Shown here piece after piece: positions 39,801 through 54,539 of a stretch of DNA of 64,000 nt. The notes beneath the pieces are model-generated. The model searched no databases and was not told the origin of the DNA. It was given only the letters and a program-made list of their open reading frames with translations. The position numbers were made by a program, and so were the translations under genes. Source of the stretch: the human T2T-CHM13v2.0 reference genome, Homo sapiens. The stretch is taken from the NCBI RefSeq assembly GCF_009914755.1, contig NC_060928.1; one strand, 5' to 3'. Position 1 is the stretch's first letter, and every line of letters starts with the position of its first letter.

Positions 39801-42800
39801 CCTTCCTTTCTCTCTCTCCTCTCTTTTCATTTCTTTCTTTCCCTCTTTTACTTTCTGATAACTTAGCAGAATTTGAAAAGGGAGAAGTGATAAATGCACA
39901 TGGATGTCTTGATGTGTAACCAGACACACAGACTATGGATCCTAATACGCTCTCTGCTCTATGCAGAATTGGCTTCAGATTAGGCTGCCCTGAGGGTGGA
40001 GGTTAAAGACCTGGATGATTAGAGCTGAGCAGCATGAATAAAGTAGGGGCTGACATTTGCATTCAGTTGCTTGATTAAATAATGCTCCTAACTTAAAAAA
40101 AATCTTATTTTTTTGTTCGTTTGAGTCACATCATTGATGTAACTGTGGGTTTTCCATTTCTTGGCAGTACATTTTCTGGTCTCTATGATTTAGTTGATTT
40201 CAGCTTCTATTTTAAATCTATTGGTGTTTATCATGTCGAAGAAGCATAGAGACAGATATATCCTTCCTGCAAATCTCTTCCAGACTTTTCTCTGATTTAC
40301 ATCATAGGCTTATCAAGCTGCTGTGGTTTAGGTACAAATACCTCTACATTTCTTCTGTATGCCTTTTAAGGCTTCCCTTAATATGGTCTCCTAATCAACA
40401 TTCTTTACATTTCTTGGCTTGGCCAGGTGAATCTTCTGTGTCACCAACACCAACCTACACCACACCATGGGATCCTGCCCCTTCTCTTCCAGAACTCTCA
40501 TCCTCAAGTTTCAACTGAATTTTCTGCTTTCTTGCACAATATAAGCACTTTCTGTTTTTTTTACTTACCAGTTTCCTGCATAATTGTCCTTATCTCGTTG
40601 AAATGGATTTTAAATTCTGAGAACAGGAATCATTTTCCATTTATCTCCTTGCCTCACAACATGAATCCTCTTTCTGTGCAGATGTCCATTGATTGGCCAA
40701 TTAAAAAAAAAAAGCTGTTCTCTTTTGCTTTTCAGTTACTGGTTTCATAGGTCAGTTTAACTTCCTTATAATATGTTTTTAAAACTAGCTTTTGAGAATT
40801 GGAAGGTTTAAGTTTTCTTTAGTTAAATCAACCAGTTAAGGGAGGATAGTTTTGTTTTCTGCTTCCAGTGAAACAATTTGGAGTATAACTAAAAACCAGT
40901 TGGATTTTACTATTGTTTATTTCAAATTTTTTATGTTTCTCTGTGGGAGGATACACTAGCTATTGATATTATCTATACCGTTTTTAATCCTCATTTGCAT
41001 ACAATTCCTCAGTTTACATTTTTATTTTTTTCCTGAGTGTTCCCAAATTAAAAAAATATTTTTGATATGTTTGTAGAGATATTTTAAAAATTTGTTTTGT
41101 TTTCATTTGTATTTTCATCTGCTACATTTAATAAAAGATCGTAAAGTAATTTTCTTAAAGTTTGTTCTTAAGTCTATCCCATATTCAGTTAGACTAAGTG
41201 CCAAGCTGTGTTTGGCAAACTTCAGAGGGTAACTGCTAATTAAGAAAAGCTTGTTTAATGATAAAAAGGAAGCAAGAGAACTCCTTTAAACTAGGTGTGA
41301 GAAAGTGATTCGAGCATGTTGAGTACTGCCAAAATGCTTCAGAATCCTCTGTTAATGATTTTATTAGTAGCAAACTGTCATCAGCCTTAGTAAATGTCTT
41401 AACACTTGTTTCTTTTAGTCAACTCCTAGTGACTTAAAACTGCAACTTCTAAGTCATTAATGTTTTGGGTCATTAGGGTATGTTAACATAAGTCTTCATT
41501 TGGTTGGTTTTAAACTATCTATAAAAGTAAGCTCTTTTTTTCCCCTTTCTCTTCTTATTGCCTAACCATCACATTTTTATATGTTTTTCTTGCCACTGCT
41601 GGGAAACTGTAGTGCTTCACTTGTAAAGATAAATACTACTGTAATGGATTTTAATATTTTGGCCACCCAGCACCACAATTTAATTTGAGATATGCCTCTC
41701 TTTGAAAGCCATCTTGGTGGAACATAAAGTCCTTGAGACTGCCCTCCTACTTCAGAAGCTACCTTCAAATTACTAGGAATGCTTTCTGTATCTTACCACA
41801 CTAGCAAAGCTAAGGATTTTAAAGCTTGAGCAGTGTAAAGCAAGGCCAAAAGGATGACGTGGGTTTAATCCATTTTCCTAAGATTATCAAGCAACCCTCG
41901 CCGCTGAGACACTCTGAGTTTCTCTGGTTCCGGACGGTTAAAAAACTGTTCATCTTCAGCCTTCCTTGTAATACTGTGAGCTCCATCCTCTTCAAAGGGA
42001 GTCACTCTTTATAAAGTCACCCTAAAGTCATTATTATTTTTTGCTTGCAAACAGACCACTTCTGTGATGTACTCACGATTATTTGTAATTGTCTCTTTCC
42101 TTGTGTGCCAATATAAGAACAAAGCTAAGTGGTGCCTTTTATTACTAAATATAATTTTTCCTATTATTTAATATTTCAGGGAAAATTATTTAACTTGTAT
42201 TTACTTGTATTAACTGCAAAGAAACCTCTCTAATATTATGCCATGTGTCCTGGTGTCTGGAAAACCTAACTCAGGTGAATGTGAGATACTCAGAATGCTG
42301 GACTATCTATCCAGAAGCAAGAAAAAGATGAGTGATCACGAAAATGAGTCTGTTCATATTATGAGGATGACAAAGTTGTGGAATAGCAAGAAAGACAAAG
42401 AATATGAAGGTGCTTCATTTTTAAGTGTATAACGCTTTGCTAAGAACATACTCAGATTATGATTATATATTTGGAGTAGTGAATGAAAATGTAAATTAAA
42501 ATACAATTTAATTACTACAATTTAAAAATGACTTGGAAAAGAAAGAAACTAAAATTTTCTACATGTTTTTAGAAAAAGTAATATATACTTTGTAGACATA
42601 AAACTTATTTGAGAAATAAATTGTTGTTTAAGACAACATTATGGAAACTTAGAGTTCATTAAATAGAGTGTCTTCAAGTAGTTGATCATGTTCTACAGTA
42701 CTTTAAGTCTAATACAGTTGATTGCTAGGGCAAACAACTGGTGTCAGAGACCAATCCCAGTGGTTTGGGCCACATATCTGTTTCTACCAAGCCTCATCCT

Positions 42801-45800
42801 AAATCTTCATAACTCTCTAACCCTTTTTTCCAGAACACTGAAGACTTTCAGAAGTTAAAACTAGATCCTCTTCTGGAGGAAGTGGGAGAATCCTTATCTA
42901 ATTTAATCTAGTTTAACAGATCAAATTAAGGATTTATAGGAAATTACATTGGTATCTTCATTCACCTAAAAAGGAGTAATCTTTAGAAAATAACTTAGAA
43001 ACCACTTTATTTTTATATACCACAATTTCACTGAAATTCTACCATGTGAGACAAGTGAGTCTTAGAACTAATTTAGATTTCAATATATTTCTTTGAGACA
43101 ATTATAATGGCTTAACGAGAGAGGTTCAGTTGAATTTATCTCTTAGCTTAATTTTTTACTTTGTCCTCTCCCTCCGCTCCTACTTTCTGTCTCTCAGCAA
43201 AACATAATACAAATAAATCTTGATTAACTTGTCATTCTTTTTAAAAAAACTAATGTCAGATTCTGTAGCTTCAAATTGTAGTTTCAGCCTGTTTTAATCA
43301 GCATTTTGGAAAGGGAATTTCTTTTAGAAAAGTGTGTGACCCATGTACTATAAAATTGAGTTTCCATACTTGTTACTTCCTTGTTTTTCCTGTTTGACAG
43401 CCAAACCCAATGAAAGGTTTGCTGATACATTTCACTTATTTTTTAATGAGAAGAGGATAATGTGAATTTCTTTGGAATTTTATTTCTTGAAAATATATTT
43501 TTCATATGCAGTCTGCCATTAGGAAAAATAAAACAGCACTAAAAGCATTATGATTAAAAAGAAAAGGATGACATCTCTATTCTTAACATACAATAAATCA
43601 GTCAACTTGTTGAAGAAACTCTTTGTGGTTTTAATCAATTCTACTCATAGTACTACTGCATACATGCCACTTCTTTTAAAACTTAACACATGAGAGATTA
43701 AAAAAAGGCACAGCAGCTAAAACAAAATGTGAGAAATTCAGTTCATTGTATGTTAGACCTTTATACTGTTTTTGTGATTATAATAAATTGTAGATTTATG
43801 AGTAGACACTTTATTGGGAGAAGTGCATTTCTGATGTTTAAATATCTTGATATTTCAAAAAGAGATTATGCATAATAGAGCTACTTTCTTGTCAAACATA
43901 TTACAAACACATATAGCCACAAAAAAGCACTAATTTAGAACTTCTAAACACAGGGTGTTCGGGTTAGATGAGCTGAAAGATAGCAATTAACAGAGAATGG
44001 AAGTCCTCAAACCCAAATGGACTTTTTTTTGAAGGTAAGGGAAGAAAGAAATGTCAAAAGAGTGAAATGAATATCAGGAAACCAAACCGTAAGCATGTCA
44101 AAACACTTTCCCTACACAGTCAACTCTCGTTTTTACCTCCTAGTCTTGTATTTGCTAGCTGATTAGTAAAAAAGGCAAAAGGCAGAATTTGTTGACCATT
44201 TTTTTATCCAATAAAGTGATCAAATCCAAAACATAAAAATTTAGTAATTATAATTTCCTTTAATTTCTTTCATTTCCAAGTTCTACATGAAATGGATTCT
44301 AGAGATTTCCATGGTGTAATAAACATACCTATATGAATATTAGTTGCTTTCCAATGCCCTAGTTCTTTGGTGTTTCTTAATTGTATATTAGTAACTGTAG
44401 CTTCAATCTGGTTGAAAGGATGCTTTACATTTTCAGTCAAGATAGGCCTTTTCCTTGGCATATTTATATAAAAATGAAGAAACACTTCCAATAGTTCAAA
44501 TGTATTGCAAGGACTCAGACCAAGCTTGAATTTTATTACCAGGCAGGGGGTTGACCACAGAAGTAGGCAAGCAGGGCATAGAGGTTGACTTCCATCTCTA
44601 AGGGTGGCTTTTGGTGTGTGTGTGTCTGTGTGTGTTTTAATTTATTCGTTGCTCTTAAAAAAATGAAGAGAAAAAAAGGAGCTGAATAACTTCTGGTTGG
44701 CTGGATGCCGATATTATTTTTTTTGGCAAGAGCCGCTGAGTGGCTGAAAGGTGGCCATTAACACTCTGACAGAAAGTGCTGACAGGGTGATTATAAGATT
44801 AACACCCTATGTTATATTAAGAGTGTCAAAACCTCACTCTTACCTGTCAATGGAAAATAACAGCAGGCGTGGAAGCACTACAGATGCCAAACGATTTCTA
44901 ATGTGGAAGCACCGTGCATTGGTGTGTCTAAACTTTTGTCAATGCCCGTATTAGCTACAGAATTCAGCGGATGGTTGAAGGCATTCATTTCTTACTCAAT
45001 AGCATGATTTCAGAAGTGAATGATTTTATAAAATCTGCATATTATAGTCATTCTCAATTGGAATAAGAATCTTACATATGATTTGGTAAGGTAAGGAGAA
45101 ACTAATAGTGAATATCACTTCTTTTATAAACCCAAATTGTATTTTTTAAAGCAATTATTTACCTCAATTATGAGGAAACATTTAACAGACAAGCTATTTT
45201 CTAAATTGCGCCTATACTGCTTTGTAGCTCCCAAACTGAAAATTCCTCCAAATTCTGGCTCCAAAACCACATAACTAGAAAGTTTTCCTTCAACAAGGTG
45301 TTTGGTTATTTGTTGGCTTATTCACTCTTAATCAGACAGGGTCAGATCCTTCCTTTGCAACACATACAAGACTCCACTAAATGTATGTAAATGTAAAATA
45401 TTAGCATCAATTAAACTACAAAAACCTCTAGTACTTTCTCGTCTAGGAATGGCTATTGAACATGTTGAATTCATCATTCTTTTGACTGAATTCTGCTTGG
45501 AAAACAAATGTGAAAAATCAAGATTTGCAGAATAAGTGACAGTTTGAGGAGGTGCTTAACCTGAAGGTCTTGAGTCAGAGAAGTGAGGCGTGAAGAGAGA
45601 AAATTCTCTATACCATATCACTGAGAGCCAAACCAGGTCAGTCTCTTTTTGGGTTCTAATGAATCTGCACATCATCCAGGGATCTTGGGCTCAGCCTCAT
45701 TTTCTGCTCTGTCCTGCACTAGAAGATTCACTTAGCAAATGAGGGCTGATCAAGAGCCCAGGACTCCTCAAGGCCCGGGAATATGACAGCAGTCCTTTGG

Positions 45801-46372
45801 GAGCAGGGTAACTATGGGTGGGAGGACAGGAACTGGACATGGCTGTGGGCCTAGATTGACTTACAGCTTTAAAATCTTTAGATGCATGATACATCAATCT
45901 CCTTATGTAGTCTCACCCTGTGCCCTTTTTTCACAAACATTAGAGGTGGGCCTGACTAGAGACTATTCCTACCCAAATATTTCTTTTTCTCAACCATGAA
46001 AATAATTATCAAGTAGTCCTATAAGTTCAATCCATTAGACTTATATAGATAGGATATTTATTTATGGTGTTTTTTGGTGAAGACGTGTGATTTTCATTTC
46101 TATCATTAGGTTAGCTAAGACAGTTAATAGACTCAAGAAAGTTTCCAAATGTATGTTAACGGCTTGGTGATCAGGGAAAATCTGGGCCACTTTATAGAGA
46201 CCTCATAGAACTCCATTGGAGGCAATATGGTTATTCCCCTCATTTATGCTGAAAATAATAACAGAACCATTTAACCTTGATGGATAGGTTCCCAAACAAA
46301 CAATAAAGAAGAATGGTTTTAAAATCCAGAGTGGAAGAACCTAGTCTTGGAATCGAGACACTTTGATTGATT

Positions 46373-46422
46373 GATTCCAATATATTACAACGAGGAGGAT
46401 TCTAATATATTACAATGAGGAG
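46373..46422. repeat. 25-bp tandem duplication
   Basis: GATTCCAATATATTACAACGAGGAG / GATTCTAATATATTACAATGAGGAG (2 mismatches). Confidence 0.9.
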
Positions 46423-48614
46423 GTTGGAGTATATTGGTGGTGTCCTATGGCCCTAAGCAACCTCTAAGGACCAGTACAGGAGATAGGGTGAGTAGTAGTC
46501 AGGGACTCCCACCCCACCCAGGTTAATGGTACAGTGTGTCTTTAATAACTAATTTGGCTATGAAAACAATAACAGTTTTCAAACCACAGACTAGATAATT
46601 TCAAAATTCAAAAACTTTATGGTTTTAATTATGTAGAGAGACAAAGAAGGACTTTGGGTAATCAAATCTAAATGAAACTCTTCTTCTTTGACATTAAAAT
46701 AAAAATAAAGAGAAAAACCCCAAAGAAATGGCTTCATGAATCTTATTTTCCTACTTGATAGAATCATAAACTGATTGAGACACATATTTTTCAAACCCCT
46801 GGAATTCAGAAGGGCTGAGTTACCTCAGCACATGTTCTCTGTTGGATTTATTAGTGTTCCCACTTGAACAGATCAGTTTGGTGAGTATAAACAGACAGTA
46901 CATTTTGGTCATTGAGGAAGTAAAGGCCAAAAATGAGAAAAGTGGCTTTTATGAAAATAAGATTAGGAAATTACTGAGAGCTTTTAGAAAGACAAGCAAC
47001 ATGGACTGAATGACAAGGAATACATATAATATGAGCAGGATGGCATTAGATTGATTGGAGAGGAGAAATGCAGGAGGAAGGTAGGAAGGAAAGGTAACAG
47101 TAGTCCAGCTGTGTGATGACCAAGGCCAGGAGCTAGAATTTGGCACAGCTGCAAGGGGAGAAGGAGGAAATGCATGTAAGTTGCCAAAGAAGACAAGTCA
47201 AATAGGTGTTAGAACGGGAAAGGAGCCAGTATCCCTAGGCTTCCCATCTACATCTCCGTTGACTCAAACACAATTTCTCTTTTGGGAAGGTAACCTTTGT
47301 CCTTTATCCTAAGTACTTTCTAATCATCCACATCCTACTATAAGGTTACACATTAATGGAAGTCAACTTGGAGACTTCTCCAGTGACATGAAATTGTTTT
47401 CTTTTACTCTGTGGTTTAACAGTTTCTCCACAGTAACAGGGCAGTCTTTTTATTACCAGAAACATGGACCTTATTTGTGGTCTTCAGCCATGGCAAAACT
47501 CCCATTAAAGCCAATGGGAGTTGTGGCTAAGTAAACCTTAGTGAATAATACTCATTTTTTATAAGGTTTGGAATATGAAGCAATCAGAATTGTTATTTGC
47601 TTATTATTTGTTGCCTTTGGTTCCCAAGAAAGTATTACCACAAATAGGATGGAGGGTTATGTCTTTCTTTACATGTACAATACACATTTTGAAATCTTGA
47701 ATAGAAATGATATATTTTTCAGGAAGGAAATACATATAATTTTAATCAGCTCTTGATTACTGATTAAGAAATTATTTTATCTTTCTCCAGTTGGGTTTAA
47801 CACTTGCAAGCATTTTTACAGTGTATTATTTCTAGAAAAAAAAGTATTAATTCATTTGCTATTCCAAATAAGTTCTCTGAGTTCTGTTCCACCATGAAAA
47901 ATAAGAAGCAGGAAGAATATAGCTTCAGGAAAAAAAGCAATATTATTTAGGGAATGCTTGAGAAATTTATCAAATATTTCCTAAATAATTTCGTAAGAGT
48001 TTACACCAAATAATTAATAGTGCTGTTTGTATTGGAAATTTCCTAATGGCATCTCTTTGATCTGTTGTGGGACACAATCACAAAATTAGCAACAGCCAGT
48101 TGACCCTCACCATGAAAGTACTAGATCACTTGGTCACCAAGGAAGCATCACATAACTATATTAAACAATATTTGCATACTACCTTCTCTCTCCATTCTCT
48201 TAATTTTGTATATTATATGGTAAATGCTGGGAGGAGATTTACTATTACATATTCCATTAATTGAGAACAACTAAGTGTATTGCTTATAAATTGGTTTTTT
48301 AAAAATAAATAAATGAATTGATTTTTATTTTGGATTATTTTAGGAAATATGACATAATTTGACTAACTGGGTCATTCATTCCCTGGTAGAGTAATTTTGG
48401 CAGTTTTAGAACACAGGACAATAGTGACTCCTTTCTTCTGGAAATGCTATTTGCCCTTCTATAATCAGCTCTTTGCTGGTTAATTTTTTACATGTTTGAC
48501 TACTCTCTTCTAGTATTTTTAATTATCTCCTCTTCTCAATCTTCCACAAAAATCTCCGGTTTCCTTCCCTAAATGTGTTATTTTCTTGGAGAACTTTCCC
48601 AAATACACATCTTC

Positions 48615-48826
48615 AGGCATCATTTCAACTACAGATCTGTAAGCTGGCCATGTGTTTTTGTAAATAAAGTTTTATTGGAACACAGCCATGCTAATTCATT
48701 GTCTATGGCTTTTTGTTTTTTTCATTTCAATAGCAGAATTGAATAGTTGAGACAGAAGTTGTATAGGCCACAAAACTTACAACATTTACTATCTTCTACT
48801 CTAACAAAAAGTTTGTTAACATTTGA
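48615..48826 (-). mobile_element. MER58A (hAT-Charlie) within L2 remnants (~48400-49600)
   Basis: TGTTTTTGTAAATAAAGTTTTATTGGAACACAGCCATGC...TTGTCTATGGCT...ATTTACTATCT...AAAAAGTTTG. Confidence 0.85.
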
Positions 48827-49934
48827 CCTAGAACATAGTCAACTCTCCATAATTGCAACAGGAAATTGAAAATTCAACATGTTCAAAGCAAATTTATTTA
48901 ATGCCATTGTTATCTACTTATTTTGTTTCATTGAATGTTTTAAAAATGTCTTTATCTTCCTTTTCCTTTGTATTTCCCACATCGCAACGGTCTGCTAATC
49001 TCCCTCAAGTCTGAACTCTTATCACTTGATTGATCCTGTCCATCTCTTACCTGAATATTTTAGCATTTAATCTCATTTTGGGCTTCGCTTTCTTTAAATG
49101 TATTACATGTTCTTTTGCCAGTAATCTTAGGCAAAAGACTTCGCTGTTCATGTATTTATTATTTAACTTGCTTTGATACCACCCGTAACTTCACGATAGA
49201 GTCCAAAACCTTAGCCTGTAATTCAAGACCATTTATTCTACGTTTCTGCCACTCCTCCTAGTGCTACAGGTACCTACTCACTTTCCAAAACACTATTGCC
49301 CAAGCAAGTCATATCCTTTCCAGCTCATGCATGTCTTTTTACATTATTGTCTCTCTGCTTGAAATGCTTTCCCAATTTTTCTTCTGTAATCCTACTCATT
49401 TTTTTTCCATGCTCAATTCAAATGTCAAACTCTCAAGCCATTCTCAGTAGGCAAAATTAAATCGTACTTCATTCTGCTTCTTTATGGCTTAGGATGCATT
49501 CAACTTTCTTTGATCTTCAGCAATAGTCTCAAAAAAATCACGATAACTTTTCTGTTGAATCTATATATGGTCTTAGAATACTTTTCAGGCAATTACTATC
49601 ATTCTAAAGGTAGTCTGAGAGGTAAAATCTGTATCATACCATGTGCAACACTACGTTCTTTAAGACGGACAGCAACTTCTTCATATATTTATTCCAAAAT
49701 CCCAGAATAGAAATAGGCTCTTAAAAATTGTTTAAACTGTTGAGTTTACCTGAACTGATTGAAATTGAGATGGAAATGCTAATGTAGTATTCGAAGTTAT
49801 CTATTAAGGGGGAACCACTAACATTTCAGGTATGACTTAAGTTATTTAGAGACAAATACCTAATCTTCTGATTTGAATGGTGAAGGTATATCTGTCTGTT
49901 GACAAAATGAACATTTGTCAGCTTAGTAATAAAA

Positions 49935-50182
49935 TAACAATGATAATAATTATAGTTTATGGATTGTTTTCTAGTTGCTGAGACCTTTATGTTTAATTGC
50001 ATTTAACTCAAAAACATCTTAATTGTTGTTCTCATCATTTTCTTCTTCATCATTCCATTTTATAGACAAAGAAATCAAATGTAAATAATTTAATTAATTC
50101 GCTCTAGGTTATATAAAGAAGAAGTGAAATATCTAGGATTAAAGTTTAATTCTGCCTAACTTCAAAGCCTGGGTTCTTAACA
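49935..50182 (-). mobile_element. MIR SINE
   Basis: CCATTTTATAGACAAAGAAA...TCTGCCTAACTTCAAAGCCTGGGTTCTTAAC. Confidence 0.65.
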
Positions 50183-50888
50183 AATAAAATAAATTGGTCT
50201 TCAATTTAGAGTAGATATAGAGTAGAGTAGGTAGATATAGCTTTACTTTTTATATGGGGAAAATTATTCAATTATTTTTTCAAACAGTACATAGGGAATG
50301 ATTATAACGTGGAAACCTTCCAGAAATGCTTTAGAGTCTGGTGGATTTGGCATGTCTTCCAGTCATTGTTGCACGTGTGTTTCAGCTGAATCTACTTCAG
50401 TTTTTAGATACAAGATGACGTGCTCAGTGTTAAGTATCAGATTCCCAAATGACTATCTTCAGTGATCTCTATTAGGAATAACCTCCAAAAGTTTGAGAAT
50501 TAGGACAATGGTGACATTTCAAAAAACATTTTTTTTTGGCTCATCCTTTAACTCTCTCAATGTAAAAACCATTTTCTTCATGTTGGCAACTATATTCGTT
50601 GTCTTAAATCCCAGTTTGTTTCAGGTTATACTATCTAGTTATAATGACATTCTTGTCTTTCTAACTGCTGTTGTTTACCAACAGTGTGCCCTGTTTGTGC
50701 TGCAGACTTCCATTCCTATTTTTCTTTCAACTCAAACCTTTGCTATTATCCTAGGAAATTTCAAAAGAACAACATATCCAGCTCCTGGTTCATTTACCTT
50801 CTCAGCCATGAACTCTCAAAAACAAAGCCAGGAAGTTGTCATCACCTGAAATTATTCCTCTCACAAAATCCATAAATCAGATGCCCAC

Positions 50889-51423
50889 TGTCAGGAGACG
50901 ATTCTCCATGGGTGTCTCACATGTCTGCTCATCTTGAAGGTAAGGTATTGATTACCCTTTGCTGTAAAAAATCTTTAAAAAGATGGACATACAGAAATTA
51001 CTTCAAAGAAAGAGAGCCTCCCTCCAGAACAAAGGCATGTTTGCTTACAACCTTGGAAGATAGACACAGTGCCTTCCTCCAGAGCAAAGGGCAATTGTAT
51101 TTACTCTCCAATGTAAAAAATATAATGGCTTCCACTAGAGCAAAGGGCAGGTGTGCTTATTGATCATTATAAAATGTTTGGTTTCCCTAAACTTAAATTT
51201 CTCTCCTATAACTAACCCATTGAATGTGTGGGTGTCATCTGTGGCACTGTGTTGCCTTATGGAAATTAGAGCTGAGAGAACTGGAGCAAGATTAGTAACA
51301 TTCTGGCTAATTCTATTTCTGTGAGTAATCAACCGTCTTCTACGTACATCTATAAAAGTGTGGCAGGCTAATTAGTTACCTTGCACCTAGGGTAAAATCT
51401 CAGCCTCTTTACAGTTCTTAGCA
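50889..51423 (+). mobile_element. ERVL-class solo LTR (MER76-like)
   Basis: TGTCAGGAGACGATTCTCCATGGG start, repeated AGAGCAAAGGGCA units, GGGTAAAATCTCAG..CAGTTCTTAGCA end. 5-bp TSD is CCCAC/TCCAC. Confidence 0.7.
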
Positions 51424-52849
51424 TCCACTCCCATATACTCGTATATTCTTCCATCTTGCCTGTTAATCTCGCCTGCCTGCCACCTTACCCCTTTCTTGGC
51501 CACTTAACTTGCACCAGGTGCAGAATCCCTCTCTTGTCTTTACTAATTTCTAGTCAATACCCTAAACCACGTTGCCAGTGTATCCTTTCATTGACGTCAC
51601 CTGGAAAATTTTGACTTTTTATTATTCCAATTATGTTCTTTCTTTTTTCAGGCCACTGAGCACCTCTGGGAGAAAATATGCAGCAGATTGGTATTAATAT
51701 AATTTTTGTGAGCAATGTCAACTACTCCCCAACTGTTTTCTAGTCATATGTCTCTCTTAACTTCGGGAAGTGGCTTTCAAACTTGCACAGCTCTCTTCAA
51801 TTTCAGTATCACACCTCAACCTTCTTAGTTTTTAGCAAATTATCTTGCTTCCTACTGCATAAAGAAGAGAGTAGCTATGAAATGGAATTTATTGAAATTT
51901 TTCGTCAACAAATGCATGCATTTGTGCTCTCTTTACATAAAATATGTAAAGAAGAATACAAAAGTCACACATTTGATTTAAAATACATTGAACTTAAATA
52001 AATCCTAAAATATCTGGCATAATTATTTTATTCTTGCTATTTATGAAAGTTTGGCTCCTGCAGCAAAATTAATCTGCTGAGCCAATAATGATTATTTTCT
52101 CTGCTTTCTGGAGTGGGAAATGAGTCAATGAGAAATGAGCTACTTCTGATGTAACACTCTTGGGAGAGATGGAGCTATTGGAAAACATGACTTGCTCCAA
52201 AGTGCATGAGCTAACAGGGACAAAGGAGAAAGGGAGGATGAGAACTTTACAAGAGAGCTATAATGGGGTGAGACTGCTGTAGTTGGCGCTTTCTTCTTAT
52301 TTGAACAATGCCTTTAGATCTAACCCAGCCCTTGTGACTTTCTCTAAATAGAAGCTTAGCAAAAAGCCAGCAAGGTGAAGTCAACATTCAAGATACATTA
52401 CTAACATACCATCTAACTTCAGGCACAACAACCAGGGAATGAATGTCTGGGACATTAAGACATCCTGTACTGGTACCAGGGTGAGAAAATAAAAGGCATA
52501 GGAAGAGGTTCCCTATCTTTTTCAACCAAAAAATAGACTAGTTTCCCCCTTTTAAAAAATATGTACTTGATGTTAATGTGTTGTCTATTATATCTAGACA
52601 CATCAGTGGATTAAAGAAGGTTAAAGAAAGCTATTTTTAATCCCACTAGGAGCAATTCTGCCAACCCCCTCCTATCTAAGGTTAATCTTGCTGTGTGCTT
52701 TGGACCACAGCCTGTTGTGCTATCAAAGCAATCTTGCATGTGGCACTGTCCCTTCTGATTCTCCATACTCCCATCTGAAAATTTAGCATCACGATTTGAA
52801 TATTCTCAAGGCTGTTGCACTCTATTGGATCCAGTAGGCTCCTTTCAGT

Positions 52850-53300
52850 CTTTGTCCTACTTTGTCTCATTGCACATTTACATAAAGTTGACCAATTTTC
52901 TTTCTTAAATAATTTTCCCTGGGCTCTTATAAAAAATTGCATTTCACAGTCTTTCTTCTACCTTTCTGCTCTCCTTACTTTTTCTCTTCTTCTCTGATTC
53001 CTCCTACTCCAATAACAATGAAATATTGGAGTTCATCAAGACTTTCCTCTAGGTTCTCTTCTTTACCTTACTATACTGTCTGTAATTAGGTAATCTCATC
53101 CTCTTCAAGGACTCCAAAATGTGACTTTATGACAATAATTCCAAAATCTCAATTTCTAGCATGAGAGTCTCTTTCAATTTTCAGGACCTAATATTCTGGA
53201 GCCAATTCATTTTATCTGTAAGCATTGCAAACAAAAATATGCAAATAAATCTCAGGACTCTCCATTCTGCAAGACACTCTAACTCTGCTTCTTTTCCTCT
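52850..53300 (+). mobile_element. L2 fragment
   Basis: TCTTTCTTCTACCTTTCTG, TAGGTAATCTCATC and CCAAAATCTCAATTTCTAGC motifs. Confidence 0.5.
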
Positions 53301-53594
53301 GACATTATTACATTTATATACTATATAATATTAAATATAAGTAAAATTGTATTGGAAATGCATTTTTAATGAGATAACGTACATTTTTATTATTTTTTTA
53401 CAAAACCTAATTTGAACAGATAAGTACACAGAAACGGAAGTAGGATTTAAAAATTGCAATGCCACACATATTAACCTATATATTCTAGAAATCATTTAGT
53501 GATTAATAACAAAATTACGTATTAGTGGTGTCTTGCTAACAACCAGTGTACGCAAATGCAATCGATTTTTACTAATTAATCTTATATCCATGTG

Positions 53595-53990
53595 GCTTGC
53601 TAAACTTTCCTATTGTTTCTAATAATATATTTGTAGTTCTTCAGGTTTTTCATATAAAGAATTATATCACCTACCAATTTTGACATTTTTATTTTCTCAT
53701 TTTTGTTCCTCATGATAGTGATGCTCTTTTCTTGTATTTTGCATTTTGAGGTCAAATATAGTGTTGAATAGAAGTGATGATAGTATCTTGTTTGGCCCAT
53801 TTTTAAATGAAATGTTTTTAAAATTTCCCCACTTGAGATCATGCTTGCTATAGGATTTTCATACATTTTATCAAGTTCAAGAATTGTTTCCTACTCTAAT
53901 TTACCAAGATTTCCTGTATTTTATTTTGAAAATTATATCAACCTCTTAGAATAAGCTGAAAAGTGTTCTTTCTATCACCATTTATGAAAG
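53595..53990 (-). mobile_element. Ancient L1M ORF2 fragment
   Basis: Minus-strand peptide YENPIASMISSGEILKTFHLKMG...LVGDIILYMKN resembles L1 RT ([13 protein letters not shown]...FADDMILY). Confidence 0.7.
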
Positions 53991-54539
53991 TTTACTTGTA
54001 AAACACCATACAACTGCTCAATATCTCTAGCCAAACACTTAATGTATGCCTTATTTATTTATTTTATACAATAACTTTATTTCTAAAGATGCCTTCCAAT
54101 GTTAATCTATGTAGATTTACATGTTTATAATGTTTTAATCATATTATTTTCACTTGTACCTTTTTCTTTTTTAAGTTTTGTATTATTTTTAATTGACACA
54201 TAATAATTGTGCAATGTATAACTTATTTAACTAACGGAGAGCTATGGTGGCCAGGTAAAGTTGCATTGAACCAAACAAGTGGCTGACGATATATGGCTTT
54301 TTGGAGGAGATTTGTTTTGGGTTATGCTGGATAAACAGACAGGATTTAATTGATTTCAAAGTTACGGAAGCATAGTTTGTGTAACACAAGAGGGAGTGAG
54401 TTACTATTAGTCCTAGAGATATCACTTAGGGTCCACTGAAAATTGGCGAACTTTCATAATGTGAGGTTATCTCTGATTAGTTAGCTTTCAAATGTGTGTT
54501 CACAGAAGTGAGCTGTCCTTGATTAATTAAACTGGTTTA

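Noticed and set aside
42238-42432. Purine-rich 64-aa ORF resembling a coding exon
   Set aside because: No pyrimidine tract before the candidate AG, a weak donor, and no recognisable homology.
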